This document shows, in pieces, positions 7,867 to 16,541 of a DNA stretch of 64,000 bases (positions within the stretch are counted from its first letter, which is position 1; every line of letters begins with the position of its first letter). Origin of the DNA: a virus (Duplodnaviria > Heunggongvirae > Uroviricota > Caudoviricetes); IMG/VR virus record IMGVR_UViG_3300001199_000001, positions 5,404 through 69,403 of that record. One strand, given 5' to 3'. The notes beneath the pieces are model-generated. The model worked only from the letters and a program-made list of their open reading frames with translations. It had not been told where the DNA came from and searched no databases. A program made the position numbers and the translations under genes.

Positions 7867-8352
7867 ATGCTGATCCTCTACACCCTGGTCCGGACCGACA
7901 TGCCCTCCATGGGTTACGGCAAGGGCGCGGCCCAAGCCCAGCACGCCGCAACCGCCTTCTCTGAATTCGAAATGCTGCGCCCGCTGGAAGCTGATGGCGA
8001 GATCGACGCCGACGTAATGGAATGGCGCAAGTCCACCAACCAAGGCTTCGGCACCAAGCTGACCCTCGATTGCTCCGACAAAGAGACGATGATCAAGGTC
8101 GTCGCCGCCGCACGCAAGCTCGGCTTCCCGGCGCGTGTGGTCACCGACCCGACCTACCCCTACCTCGTATCCGACGAAATCGTCCCGCTGATCGATAAGG
8201 CCGTCCACACCGACGATCCGAAATCCATCGGCGGCGGGCAGTCGATCTGCTTCCGTGAAGAGAAGACCTGCGCCTACGTCTTCGGTCTGAAGGACGATGT
8301 CAGCATCCTGCTGTCGCGGTTCAAACTACTGCCGAATGAGCCTGTTGCATGA
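7867..8352 (+). CDS. PTH2-family peptidyl-tRNA hydrolase-like protein
   Basis: LVRTDMPSMGYGKGAAQAQHAA matches PTH2 VVRxDLxMxxGKxAAQxxHAA. Confidence 0.6.
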   Translation: MLILYTLVRTDMPSMGYGKGAAQAQHAATAFSEFEMLRPLEADGEIDADVMEWRKSTNQGFGTKLTLDCSDKETMIKVVAAARKLGFPARVVTDPTYPYLVSDEIVPLIDKAVHTDDPKSIGGGQSICFREEKTCAYVFGLKDDVSILLSRFKLLPNEPVA

Positions 8353-8738
8353 CCACTAAAAACCCCCACGAGCGCACGATCATGCTCGCCACCGTCGCTG
8401 TAATGTTCATCGGCATCCTGAGCGCGGTGACCATCTCCAGTATCAATGCGGGTCGAACGGCGGCGATGCAGGAGACCATGACCGCGCGCAACGAGACCAA
8501 ACTGGCCAAGGCCTCGTTGGAGGTCTGCCAGAAAAACATCGTCTCGCTAGAGACCGCCGTCGTCTATCAAACAGATATTGTCCAAGTCCTGAAAGCCGAG
8601 CGCGATCACGCCCAAAGCCTCGTGGCGCAAAGCCAAGCAGCGGTTCGCGCCCAACTACGCGGTCCACAGGGCCTCGACGAAGGCGCCGTCGATAAGCTGC
8701 TCGTGTCGACCCTGAACCGCAAACCCCAGTGCCTGTGA
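8349..8738 (+). CDS. membrane-anchored coiled-coil protein
   Basis: N-terminal TM helix then coiled coil; ATGA coupling. Confidence 0.5.
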   Translation: MTTKNPHERTIMLATVAVMFIGILSAVTISSINAGRTAAMQETMTARNETKLAKASLEVCQKNIVSLETAVVYQTDIVQVLKAERDHAQSLVAQSQAAVRAQLRGPQGLDEGAVDKLLVSTLNRKPQCL

Positions 8739-8739
8739 C

Positions 8740-9021
8740 ATGAGTAAGGCCGTCCCCTTCAAGCTGGATAAGGTCTGCGACGGCTGCGGCGCTCGGGGTG
8801 CTTACGACTTTATGGGCGACTACTATTGTCAGGCTTGTACGGACAAAGCGTTCGACGAGCAGGCACGTGAGGAGTGGATCGATGTCACCACGATCTTTGA
8901 CCACCCCTATGAAATCGAAATGAAAGCGTACAGCGATCCGCCGCGCTTCCGTCACCGCACGGACGATGGCGACGGTTTCAGTACTGCTTGGATCGACGGA
9001 AAACCAAAAAGGGACGACTAA
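8740..9021 (+). CDS. zinc-ribbon protein
   Basis: CDGCGARG...CQAC. Confidence 0.5.
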   Translation: MSKAVPFKLDKVCDGCGARGAYDFMGDYYCQACTDKAFDEQAREEWIDVTTIFDHPYEIEMKAYSDPPRFRHRTDDGDGFSTAWIDGKPKRDD

Positions 9022-9221
9022 TGGGCTGGTCCAGAGGCAGTGCACTCCTGAGCGATATCGTCGGCGTGATCGAACAAAACGTCACGACACACGTCAACAA
9101 AGTCGCTATCTATAAGGAACTGATCGGCATCTTTGAGGACGCAGACTGCGACACCATAGATGAGGTGCTGAGCGATCACAGCGATTCCGCCGCCTTTCGA
9201 GAGGCATACAACCATGATTAA
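9021..9221 (+). CDS. hypothetical protein
   Basis: TAATG coupling; 66 aa. Confidence 0.45.
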   Translation: MGWSRGSALLSDIVGVIEQNVTTHVNKVAIYKELIGIFEDADCDTIDEVLSDHSDSAAFREAYNHD

Positions 9222-9516
9222 CTTCGATTTCAAACGTGGCCCCATCGACCTCGGATTCCTTCCGATGTTCCTCAACCCGAACAGCCCTGACCCCGCCACG
9301 GTGCAACTTGATCGCAGCTACGCGCACGGCGGTGGCTGGCGTCCGCAAAAGGGTTTCGTCATGCTCCCCAACGGCTCCCTACGCTATCCGGGCGACGAAC
9401 CGATGCCGGTGCTGGCGGAAGCGAAGCTCGGCGACGAGATCATCCGCGTCTACGACTTCAGTTATATCGCCGTCGTCCAACCGGACGGCTCCTTTGAAGC
9501 GTGCAGGATGGACTGA
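9214..9516 (+). CDS. hypothetical protein
   Basis: 100 aa ORF. Confidence 0.5.
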   Translation: MINFDFKRGPIDLGFLPMFLNPNSPDPATVQLDRSYAHGGGWRPQKGFVMLPNGSLRYPGDEPMPVLAEAKLGDEIIRVYDFSYIAVVQPDGSFEACRMD

Positions 9517-9728
9517 TGCCTAGAAGAACCTTCACGAACCCGGCCGGAAAAGCCGACGCCCTGCGCATCCAAGCCTTAAGTCGAGCCTACGACAAGCAGG
9601 CCGAAGTCCTGAAGGACGTGTTCGAGGCCGGTAGAAAGGCTAAGGCTGCTGGCAAGCCGATCTCCGACTGCCCGCGCGTCGCCGACCTTGAGGTGTCGAG
9701 AACATGGCGGGATGGGTATCTCAGTTAA
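9516..9728 (+). CDS. hypothetical protein
   Basis: ATG overlaps upstream TGA; last plus-strand early gene, convergent with minus block. Confidence 0.45.
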   Translation: MPRRTFTNPAGKADALRIQALSRAYDKQAEVLKDVFEAGRKAKAAGKPISDCPRVADLEVSRTWRDGYLS

Positions 9729-10071
9729 GGTCAGACTTGGGTTTAGGATACCGCTCGATTTCTTTGACATCCGAAAACGCTTCTTCGAATAAGAACACGA
9801 GCCTTCGCGCTTCAACATCCGCCGCATCCAACTCTTCCTGCGTGTAAGGCGGCGGCAGAACGATGTCTCCAGTCTCGGTGATGTAGAAGATCAGTCCGTC
9901 GACCGGCGGAACTGGAAACTTGCCGATGTCGATCTCGCCCCACATCTCGTCGCGGTCTTTGTCGTCATCGGTGTAAAACATCCGTACCGTCACCACCCGC
10001 CGCGTCCCCGGCTCGTCGTCCCAGACGTAGCCTTCGATAGGATAGTCTCGCGGATTGAAGGGCTCGGTCAT
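9721..10071 (-). CDS. hypothetical protein
   Basis: 116 aa ORF. Confidence 0.5.
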   Translation of the reverse strand: MTEPFNPRDYPIEGYVWDDEPGTRRVVTVRMFYTDDDKDRDEMWGEIDIGKFPVPPVDGLIFYITETGDIVLPPPYTQEELDAADVEARRLVFLFEEAFSDVKEIERYPKPKSDLN

Positions 10072-10172
10072 CAGATTTCCGGATGCGTGCGGAGGATATT
10101 AATCACGGTTAAGCCGATGCAGCCGAGCGCTGCTAATATCGCTATCGCCAGAAGCAACTTGTGCCGTTTCAT
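10071..10172 (-). CDS. 33-aa membrane micro-protein
   Basis: MKRHKLLLAIAILAALGCIGLTVINILRTHPEI; ATGA overlaps at both ends. Confidence 0.4.
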   Translation of the reverse strand: MKRHKLLLAIAILAALGCIGLTVINILRTHPEI

Positions 10173-10366
10173 CACGCGTCTCTGATGATCTTGTAGTGGG
10201 TCGGCTCTTCGTCGACCTCGACCTTATGATCGTCCTCGGCGTGGCCGATCTGCCAGAAATCACCGTTCCAGTGGCCGACCATCACCAGCCCGGATTCTTC
10301 GTTCAAGAGAAGACGCGTACTGCCGTCTTTGGCTGCGTCGTCGATCATGATGAAATCTTCGGTCAA
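10172..10366 (-). CDS. hypothetical acidic protein
   Basis: 64 aa ORF. Confidence 0.45.
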   Translation of the reverse strand: MTEDFIMIDDAAKDGSTRLLLNEESGLVMVGHWNGDFWQIGHAEDDHKVEVDEEPTHYKIIRDA

Positions 10367-10476
10367 AAGCCGAACTCCCGCAAAATCGTGAACCTGTTAA
10401 CCGCGACTAGCAAATAAACTAGGGCCACAAGACAAGCGCTCACGGAGACCGTCAGAAAAATGTACTCTTTCATCAT
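10363..10476 (-). CDS. 37-aa membrane micro-protein
   Basis: MMKEYIFLTVSVSACLVALVYLLVAVNRFTILREFGF; ATGA overlaps at both ends. Confidence 0.4.
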   Translation of the reverse strand: MMKEYIFLTVSVSACLVALVYLLVAVNRFTILREFGF

Positions 10477-10739
10477 CACCGTCTCCCCGGCAGAACATAA
10501 TGCCCGCCGTCCTTGCTCCGGCGCCAGCGCTGCGGCGGCGTCCACTTCGGATCGCGCTTAGCGAATCCCCCTGATTTCAACTGCCAGTCAAATGACAGGC
10601 GCTTAGCCGTGCGCGGACGCTCCCAGCCGTCACCCTCAACCTCGATCCATGACCCGAACGGCGCGGTCTCGATGGGCCGCCACTCGTTCGCTTGATCATG
10701 GGCGAGATAAAACGGCTCTTTAGGCTGTTCGTCTCTCAT
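10476..10739 (-). CDS. hypothetical protein (Trp/Arg rich)
   Basis: 87 aa ORF. Confidence 0.45.
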   Translation of the reverse strand: MRDEQPKEPFYLAHDQANEWRPIETAPFGSWIEVEGDGWERPRTAKRLSFDWQLKSGGFAKRDPKWTPPQRWRRSKDGGHYVLPGRR

Positions 10740-10751
10740 TACTCGAAATCC

Positions 10752-10898
10752 CTAAACCGTTATACGTCCGATGGCCCACAGCAGCGCTGCGACGAACCAC
10801 AGACCCCAGGCGACCTGCTCGGCATGACGAGCCCCCAGGCTGGCGATAAACTTGGCGATGAAACCAAGCAGAACCAGTAGTGTGAAAAGAAGGGCCAT
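10752..10898 (-). CDS. 48-aa two-helix membrane protein
   Basis: MALLFTLLVLLGFIAKFIASLGARHAEQVAWGLWFVAALLWAIGRITV; below the track length cut-off. Confidence 0.4.
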   Translation of the reverse strand: MALLFTLLVLLGFIAKFIASLGARHAEQVAWGLWFVAALLWAIGRITV

Positions 10899-10957
10899 TA
10901 TCGTTCCTTAGGGTTGGTAGTCACAGGTCCAGATTTCCAAACCATTTAGGTGGGTAG

Positions 10958-11167
10958 TCACCGGTCCAGATTTCCGGTCGGCGTGCGTAGCGACTTCCAT
11001 ACTTCCTTATTGCAGGTCGGGCAGTTGATGACGACCGCATTGCCGTCTCGCTGGTCGTAAACGACCCGGCCTTCGCGCTGCTCGAATTCAAAGATCGTAC
11101 GACAATTGGAACAGTCGACCCGGTAGGTGATCTCTTCGGGTAGCGTGCCCTGTTGGATGATCTTCAT
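10958..11167 (-). CDS. zinc-ribbon protein
   Basis: CSNC...CPTC. Confidence 0.5.
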   Translation of the reverse strand: MKIIQQGTLPEEITYRVDCSNCRTIFEFEQREGRVVYDQRDGNAVVINCPTCNKEVWKSLRTPTGNLDR

Positions 11168-11318
11168 CCCAACCCCTCTTCCAGTATTTCCAAAGTAACA
11201 ACCATGTAATAATAGTAAGTACTGAACGCATTACTGTCTATGATAGAACTATTTCGTGTTGAGTGATAATAACCATACCACTCACTACGTTCTACGCTGT
11301 AGAGATAGGCGTTACTAC

Positions 11319-11573
11319 TCACCCGAACGCTCTTCTCGCCCCGGCTTCATCCTCGAAGAACCGGCAGCCCCAATAGGTCAGCCTCTCGCGGTTGTAGTGG
11401 GAGTCGTCGCCAAGGGCCTCCACGGCGGCGTCGCATGCTTCCGCGAAACTATAGGCGTAGGTCGAAGTCACGAACCGCGCCCGACCGTGCTCGCCGGTCG
11501 CTGCGAAGCCTTCCAACCAGACCTCGTACTTACGTGCTTGAGCGTGGTGGGTAAAGTCATCAGGATCGCGCAT
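11319..11573 (-). CDS. hypothetical protein
   Basis: 84 aa ORF. Confidence 0.5.
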   Translation of the reverse strand: MRDPDDFTHHAQARKYEVWLEGFAATGEHGRARFVTSTYAYSFAEACDAAVEALGDDSHYNRERLTYWGCRFFEDEAGARRAFG

Positions 11574-11823
11574 CTACCGAAAACTCTTCTTTTAAAAGCA
11601 GGTTGCGGCAGTCAACAAACATCCCTTGGTAGGCTAAATCAAGCCGCCTGCGGTACTCATCCGTCTCGACCCGGATCACATCTCCGACATGGACGTATGA
11701 GCCGTACGGCACGACCTTGGCCTTGGTGCACAGCAACCATTTACCCATGGTGTACGGGGTTGATGGCCAGCCCACGCTCTGCGGCCCCCATGAACCGGGA
11801 ATGTCGTCATAAGTTAGCGGCAT
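11560..11823 (-). CDS. hypothetical protein
   Basis: 87 aa ORF. Confidence 0.5.
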   Translation of the reverse strand: MPLTYDDIPGSWGPQSVGWPSTPYTMGKWLLCTKAKVVPYGSYVHVGDVIRVETDEYRRRLDLAYQGMFVDCRNLLLKEEFSVDARS

Positions 11824-11873
11824 TCTATTTCCCCGCCTTTGTCTGCTGGCTCATCGTCGTTGTCAGCGGCATC

Positions 11874-12179
11874 TTATCGTCCGTCATCCAGATTGCTGCG
11901 GGCCATGTCCAACATCTCAACGAACCACGTCGCGGCTGCGTAGCCTTGAAGGACGATCACGTTCTGGGCCTGTTCCATCTGCTTGCCGACCCGCTCCGCA
12001 TGCATCGCCTTGACCTCGATATAGAGACTGTCGTCGGGCAGAAAGAAATCGAGTGCCGTTGTGTTCTCCGGCTCCTTCTCGTGGAAGTAGCGGATACCCG
12101 CCCGGTCCATGCCGCCCGCGACATAGGCTTCCAGTGGATCGGAGATGACGACTGCCTTTCTAATAGTCGACAATGTCAT
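11874..12179 (-). CDS. VRR-NUC / PD-(D/E)xK-like nuclease, tentative
   Basis: ALDFFLPDDSLYIEVKAMHAE (D...EVK motif); internal ATG chosen to limit overlap with the DHH gene. Confidence 0.45.
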   Translation of the reverse strand: MTLSTIRKAVVISDPLEAYVAGGMDRAGIRYFHEKEPENTTALDFFLPDDSLYIEVKAMHAERVGKQMEQAQNVIVLQGYAAATWFVEMLDMARSNLDDGR

Positions 12180-13047
12180 CGCCTTCCCAGCCAATCGGCA
12201 TCCGGAAACCCGAAGCCCGCGCATGCCCGCCGCCGCCATACTTCACAGCAATCTGCGAGACATCCATCCCGTCGTCCGCCGACCGCAGGCTGAAAATGCG
12301 ATCACTGAGGCCGTCGTAATAGGTTGCCGCGAACGGCTTGTCCTTGGACATGATGTTCCCGGCGTCAGACCCCATGGTGTAAGGCACGTTCGCTACCGGC
12401 ACGCGGACACCGCCGATGACCATCTCGCGGGTCGTCTCTTCAAGAAGCGCTAGAATGTCCTTCTGCATACGGCGTTCGATAGCAGCGCCTTGGCTGATGA
12501 AGCTCGCTTCCATGACAGCGTCTTCCAGCCCCTTCGCCACATAAGACCACTCGGCGAAATCGTAGGGATAGCTGAACAGGTTCGCTGCGACTTCTCGCGA
12601 ATGTTTCATCTCGAATTTCCACAGGTCTCGGTCCTGCACGTAGCGCACCAGCAGGGGCGCAGGCTCGCCGGGATGAGCATACTCCCACGCCAGCATCGCC
12701 CCAGACTTATCCATGTCAAAGAAAGCCTGGATATGCGGATAGCCGTCGGCGGCGAGCACGCGCGGATCGTACAGTTTATCGACCCTATACTGCGCAAGGT
12801 CTTCCATGGCGCTCTTGTGGTGGTCGACAATCGTGATCGAAGCCGCCTTCTTGGCGAGCGCTTCCAGCACCGGACGCTTAAACGAATAGTCGACGAGCAG
12901 CACGTGCTTTCCCGCGACATCCGGTAGTTCGCCGTTGCTGTATGATCCCGGCCGAAATTCGATATCAGGCCAGCGCTTCCAGATCGCCCACGCCGCCGTG
13001 AACCCGTCCGCGCAGGGGGCGTGGTAGATGCAAATGTCGGGCTTCAT
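12160..13047 (-). CDS. DHH-family phosphoesterase
   Basis: APCADGFTAAW...VLLVDYS...IVDHH motifs. Confidence 0.75.
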   Translation of the reverse strand: MKPDICIYHAPCADGFTAAWAIWKRWPDIEFRPGSYSNGELPDVAGKHVLLVDYSFKRPVLEALAKKAASITIVDHHKSAMEDLAQYRVDKLYDPRVLAADGYPHIQAFFDMDKSGAMLAWEYAHPGEPAPLLVRYVQDRDLWKFEMKHSREVAANLFSYPYDFAEWSYVAKGLEDAVMEASFISQGAAIERRMQKDILALLEETTREMVIGGVRVPVANVPYTMGSDAGNIMSKDKPFAATYYDGLSDRIFSLRSADDGMDVSQIAVKYGGGGHARASGFRMPIGWEGDDIVDY

Positions 13048-13436
13048 GCGACCTCTTCTTGTTCAGGCTCGTTAGCGAGGAATTTTTTCGCGTCTTTGCG
13101 GTTGCGCGTCGGCCCCCGCCTCAAACGCCAGACTTCGTCCAGCGCCTCGCAGCGCAGTGGCAGCCTGATAAGACCTTCGACATAGAGCGGATCGTTTCGC
13201 CAAAACCCGCAACCCTGCGCATCAACCGATAGCCCGCAGACTAGACAGACACGCACGTGCAACCAGCCGTTGGCTAGGTAGGCGCCATCATACTCGGCGA
13301 TAGTCGGGTGAGCACATTTGCGTTGAACGTTCTCGATAACTGCCTGCTCATGCTGTTGCGCTTGTTGGCGTGCTTCCTCAGCAGCGTTAATTTCCGGGTG
13401 AAGAAACTGTCCGGCGTCAAACTCGTCCTGTCTCAT
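13044..13436 (-). CDS. hypothetical Cys-containing protein
   Basis: 130 aa ORF. Confidence 0.5.
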   Translation of the reverse strand: MRQDEFDAGQFLHPEINAAEEARQQAQQHEQAVIENVQRKCAHPTIAEYDGAYLANGWLHVRVCLVCGLSVDAQGCGFWRNDPLYVEGLIRLPLRCEALDEVWRLRRGPTRNRKDAKKFLANEPEQEEVA

Positions 13437-13912
13437 TTCCCCGCCCCAGAAGCCGCCTCAGCGGCAAGCCTCGCCTTACGTAGCTCGACATACTTATTAA
13501 GATATTGCCGAGCAGAGCGACGATCAGGTGGTACCGTGTACACGCCATAGAAGCCATCCACATAGCAGCGCGTACAACTACACGGGTCGGACGTGCAGTC
13601 GCCGCAGTGCAGTCCCCCTTCAGCTTCTTCCCGAAGCGCCGCTGGCGGCGCATGCACCAAAGGCAGGAACCAGTCGTACTCATCGCCGTCATCGTCCGGA
13701 CGATCCTCCGGGAATAGCAGCTTATGCAAAGCCTCGACCGCCTCTTCAGCAGGTCGGCCTTTATGCTTGACGGAATAGAAGATGCTGTAGAGTTCGTCTT
13801 TCAGCAGTGACATCGCGTAGCGCAGGTAGGCGCGGGCATGCGCCTCTTCGCTGTAGGAGCGCGCGGGTGCGATCAGGGCGTAGAAATCGTCTTCGGTCTG
13901 CGGCTCACTCAT
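13433..13912 (-). CDS. hypothetical protein (start at internal ATG)
   Basis: ORF open from 14029; overlap with 13905..14135 favours 13912 start. Confidence 0.45.
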   Translation of the reverse strand: MSEPQTEDDFYALIAPARSYSEEAHARAYLRYAMSLLKDELYSIFYSVKHKGRPAEEAVEALHKLLFPEDRPDDDGDEYDWFLPLVHAPPAALREEAEGGLHCGDCTSDPCSCTRCYVDGFYGVYTVPPDRRSARQYLNKYVELRKARLAAEAASGAGK

Positions 13913-14135
13913 CTTCCGGTCCGCCTCCCATACGAGCGATCTCTCTGAAGACCGGCCGGAGGATATCGATGTCATAATCATCGACCTCGAACTCCCACGC
14001 CTTATCGACCGTTGTGATCCCGGCGGCATGAAGGATTTCGGCCGCGTATACCGGCTGGTCGAAGGCGTTCATGATGATGCCCGCTGCAATCACCATGCCC
14101 CGGCCGACGGCGCGATCTTCGGCATCGTCACTCAT
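13905..14135 (-). CDS. hypothetical protein
   Basis: 76 aa ORF. Confidence 0.45.
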   Translation of the reverse strand: MSDDAEDRAVGRGMVIAAGIIMNAFDQPVYAAEILHAAGITTVDKAWEFEVDDYDIDILRPVFREIARMGGGPEDE

Positions 14136-15045
14136 CGGGTGTGGTTTCCGGAGCAGGCTCTTCCTTCGGCGTCAGGCTGTCGCAAATCACATACCCGTCG
14201 ATATCAAGACGCAGGCCTCTGGTGTCGTACTCGCCCGCCGCCACTTCCCGCTTGCCTGTATCATCAACCGCAAGCCAAAGCTCCCAGCCACCAGCATGCG
14301 TGCAGGTAAGCAGGCAATTGAACGCAAGATCGAAGATCGAAGCCCGCTCGATCTCCGCCGTGGTGATATACAGATCATGATAACTTTTCGGCTTGGTCAT
14401 GACATGCAGCGTCTCGGTCAGGAGATCGTACAATGCCTCCATCGCGCCTTCCATGCACTGACGAGGGCCATCGCCTCGACTCCCCTCGATAATCCAAGCA
14501 CGAGCTTGGTCCCAGCCGACCAATACCTCTTCGCGGCCCTCAATAGAAATCTGTCGCGTGATTCGCGCAACGAGGCTGTCATTGGTGGGATCGAGCCAAG
14601 CCTTGAAGTGGTTGAGGCGTAGCTCGGCGTCCATCCACTTCCTATAATACTCTGGATGCACATGCTTGGCCGCGATGGCGCGAAGCTCGTTACGCAACTC
14701 ACCCAGAGTCCGATCACCTGCCGCGTTCCAGAGCAGGTTAACCGCCTCGATAGGCATGGTCTCGCCGAACATTTCGATCATCTCGTCCTGAGTGATCGGC
14801 GCGTTGTTCATATCTTGCGCGGCCTGTGACGCTTCGCTAAACGCCGCCATGTTTTCGTCAAACCGACGTTTCGACGCCGCATTCAGCGTTTCATCGAGTC
14901 GCTCACGATTGATTTGCCCAGTAGCGAAAGCTGTCGCGGCCTTTTCCAATACTACCGCATCAACAGCGGGATCAGTCGCTTGCGCCCCGGCGACATAGCC
15001 TAGTTTGTAAGCCAGGAAGTCTTCCAGTTCGTCTTCAGTCATCAC
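14128..15045 (-). CDS. hypothetical protein
   Basis: 305 aa ORF. Confidence 0.6.
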   Translation of the reverse strand: MMTEDELEDFLAYKLGYVAGAQATDPAVDAVVLEKAATAFATGQINRERLDETLNAASKRRFDENMAAFSEASQAAQDMNNAPITQDEMIEMFGETMPIEAVNLLWNAAGDRTLGELRNELRAIAAKHVHPEYYRKWMDAELRLNHFKAWLDPTNDSLVARITRQISIEGREEVLVGWDQARAWIIEGSRGDGPRQCMEGAMEALYDLLTETLHVMTKPKSYHDLYITTAEIERASIFDLAFNCLLTCTHAGGWELWLAVDDTGKREVAAGEYDTRGLRLDIDGYVICDSLTPKEEPAPETTPDE

Positions 15046-15403
15046 TAACCCCCACGTTCATCAGGTCAACAGCTTTTAGCAACCCCATCGTCGTCGGCGG
15101 GGTAATGATCGGCAGGCCAGCACCATAAAGCGCCGCAGAAATCACATTGGCGGCCCACTCTATCTCGGACTCGCGACTACGCCAGTAATGATATTTTTCG
15201 TCCTGCTGGGCGAAGGCGTCGACCATGGCGCGGCGGGATTCGGTGAGAAGATCGGCCAGAGCGTCGGGCGTGGTGGTGTTTCTGATTTCACCGATGCCGA
15301 ATAGGGCTCCGTCCCGAGCCTCTATCTGAGGGTAGTCGCTAGTTTGTTGAATCAAGGCGAGCCGTTCATCGCAAAGCGCGTTCTTGATGCCGTCGTAGTC
15401 CAT
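15035..15403 (-). CDS. hypothetical protein
   Basis: 122 aa ORF. Confidence 0.55.
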   Translation of the reverse strand: MDYDGIKNALCDERLALIQQTSDYPQIEARDGALFGIGEIRNTTTPDALADLLTESRRAMVDAFAQQDEKYHYWRSRESEIEWAANVISAALYGAGLPIITPPTTMGLLKAVDLMNVGVSDD

Positions 15404-15452
15404 CGGCGTGCTCCAACCTTAAAGTCAAAGCTACGCCCTTACGCGGCAGTCG

Positions 15453-15644
15453 TCAACTCTTTGGTACCGCGCTCACGTTGCGGGGTTTGATGCTGATCTC
15501 CAAGGCGATGAACACATCGTCCGTGAGCTTTTCAGCCGCCTCCTGCGAGATCACGTGATCCTTGATCGCATTGAACACCATCAACCAGCGGTCGTTGTAA
15601 TGACGGTTGCCGTCAAGATCGGGGAGTATGATTCGTTTACCCAT
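15453..15644 (-). CDS. hypothetical protein
   Basis: start MGKRIILPD with ATGA coupling to upstream gene. Confidence 0.45.
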   Translation of the reverse strand: MGKRIILPDLDGNRHYNDRWLMVFNAIKDHVISQEAAEKLTDDVFIALEISIKPRNVSAVPKS

Positions 15645-15892
15645 CAGCCTAGACCTATTACTCGACCCAGCAGCCGACTCCATGCCAAGATGGCCGTCAG
15701 GATCAAAAGAGCGGCGCCACCATAGATTAAGTACCTCGCAGACAGGAGGAGCTTGAGATCGAGTCTGCCTTGCGATGCTCGGTTAACCGCCTCGGCTCCG
15801 ACAACAAAGCCCGTCAGCACACCGCCCAAGCCCGTCCACAGAAGGGCGGCGATCAATCCTTCCACCCGTAAAAGAGACGAGTATCCTCCCAC
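15644..15892 (-). CDS. membrane protein (two TM helices)
   Basis: 82 aa hydrophobic ORF. Confidence 0.5.
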   Translation of the reverse strand: MGGYSSLLRVEGLIAALLWTGLGGVLTGFVVGAEAVNRASQGRLDLKLLLSARYLIYGGAALLILTAILAWSRLLGRVIGLG

Positions 15893-16128
15893 AATGGTCC
15901 GCGCACCCAGCCCTCTGCCGTGCGTGTAGCGACCCCCTTAGCGACCAGTCGGGCCATCGTATCGATGGTGTAGCCCTCGCTCATCCGAATACGACGTTGG
16001 ATATCATCGACGCTCAGGGCTTCGTCTGCGCGCAGCACGGACCCAGCCGTGCGCATGTAGGTCCCAAGCTTAGTAGCAGGCTGACGGACGATCTGGACGT
16101 GCTGTGGGCCTAAGCTGAACGGCGTCAC
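15853..16128 (-). CDS. hypothetical protein
   Basis: 91 aa ORF. Confidence 0.5.
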   Translation of the reverse strand: MTPFSLGPQHVQIVRQPATKLGTYMRTAGSVLRADEALSVDDIQRRIRMSEGYTIDTMARLVAKGVATRTAEGWVRGPLWEDTRLFYGWKD

Positions 16129-16541
16129 GGCTTTGGCTCCACGATGGCGCTGCTGACGGCGTCTCGCATCGCCTTGAAGAAGTCCTTCGGGTTCTTCGCC
16201 AAGCTCTCGTTGAAGGTGTCGGTCGCTTTCTGGATTCGGCCCGACGACAGGGCCATGTCGCGCACGACGGCGACGGTCTTCGTCTCGACCTCTTCGTACT
16301 GCGCCCGCATCCGGGCGATGGTCTTCTCGTAGAGAAGCCGCTCGATGTCTGAGAGCATCAGATCATCAACGATCTTCTCAGCGGCGCTTTCAGCGTCGGG
16401 ACAGCCGTGCTCGACAAGGCGCAATGCGACTTTTTCGATCAGTGTCGCTTGCGCTGACTTCTCAGTACCGGACATGGCCGCCCTCACCTTGGCCTTGATC
16501 TCGTCGAAGTCGCTCATCACCGATATCCTCGCATTGTGCAT
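16125..16541 (-). CDS. hypothetical protein (start uncertain)
   Basis: 138 aa ORF; internal ATGs at 16517 and 16475. Confidence 0.5.
   Translation of the reverse strand: MHNARISVMSDFDEIKAKVRAAMSGTEKSAQATLIEKVALRLVEHGCPDAESAAEKIVDDLMLSDIERLLYEKTIARMRAQYEEVETKTVAVVRDMALSSGRIQKATDTFNESLAKNPKDFFKAMRDAVSSAIVEPKP

Noticed and set aside
11256-12293. 345-aa plus-strand ORF
   Set aside because: It is antisense to three minus-strand genes with good coding character and has Arg/Pro-rich low-complexity composition.
12490-12927. Plus-strand 145-aa ORF, and a minus alternative-frame 104-aa ORF at 12606-12920
   Set aside because: Both are embedded in the well-supported DHH phosphoesterase gene. Their Arg-rich composition is typical of wrong-frame high-GC ORFs.
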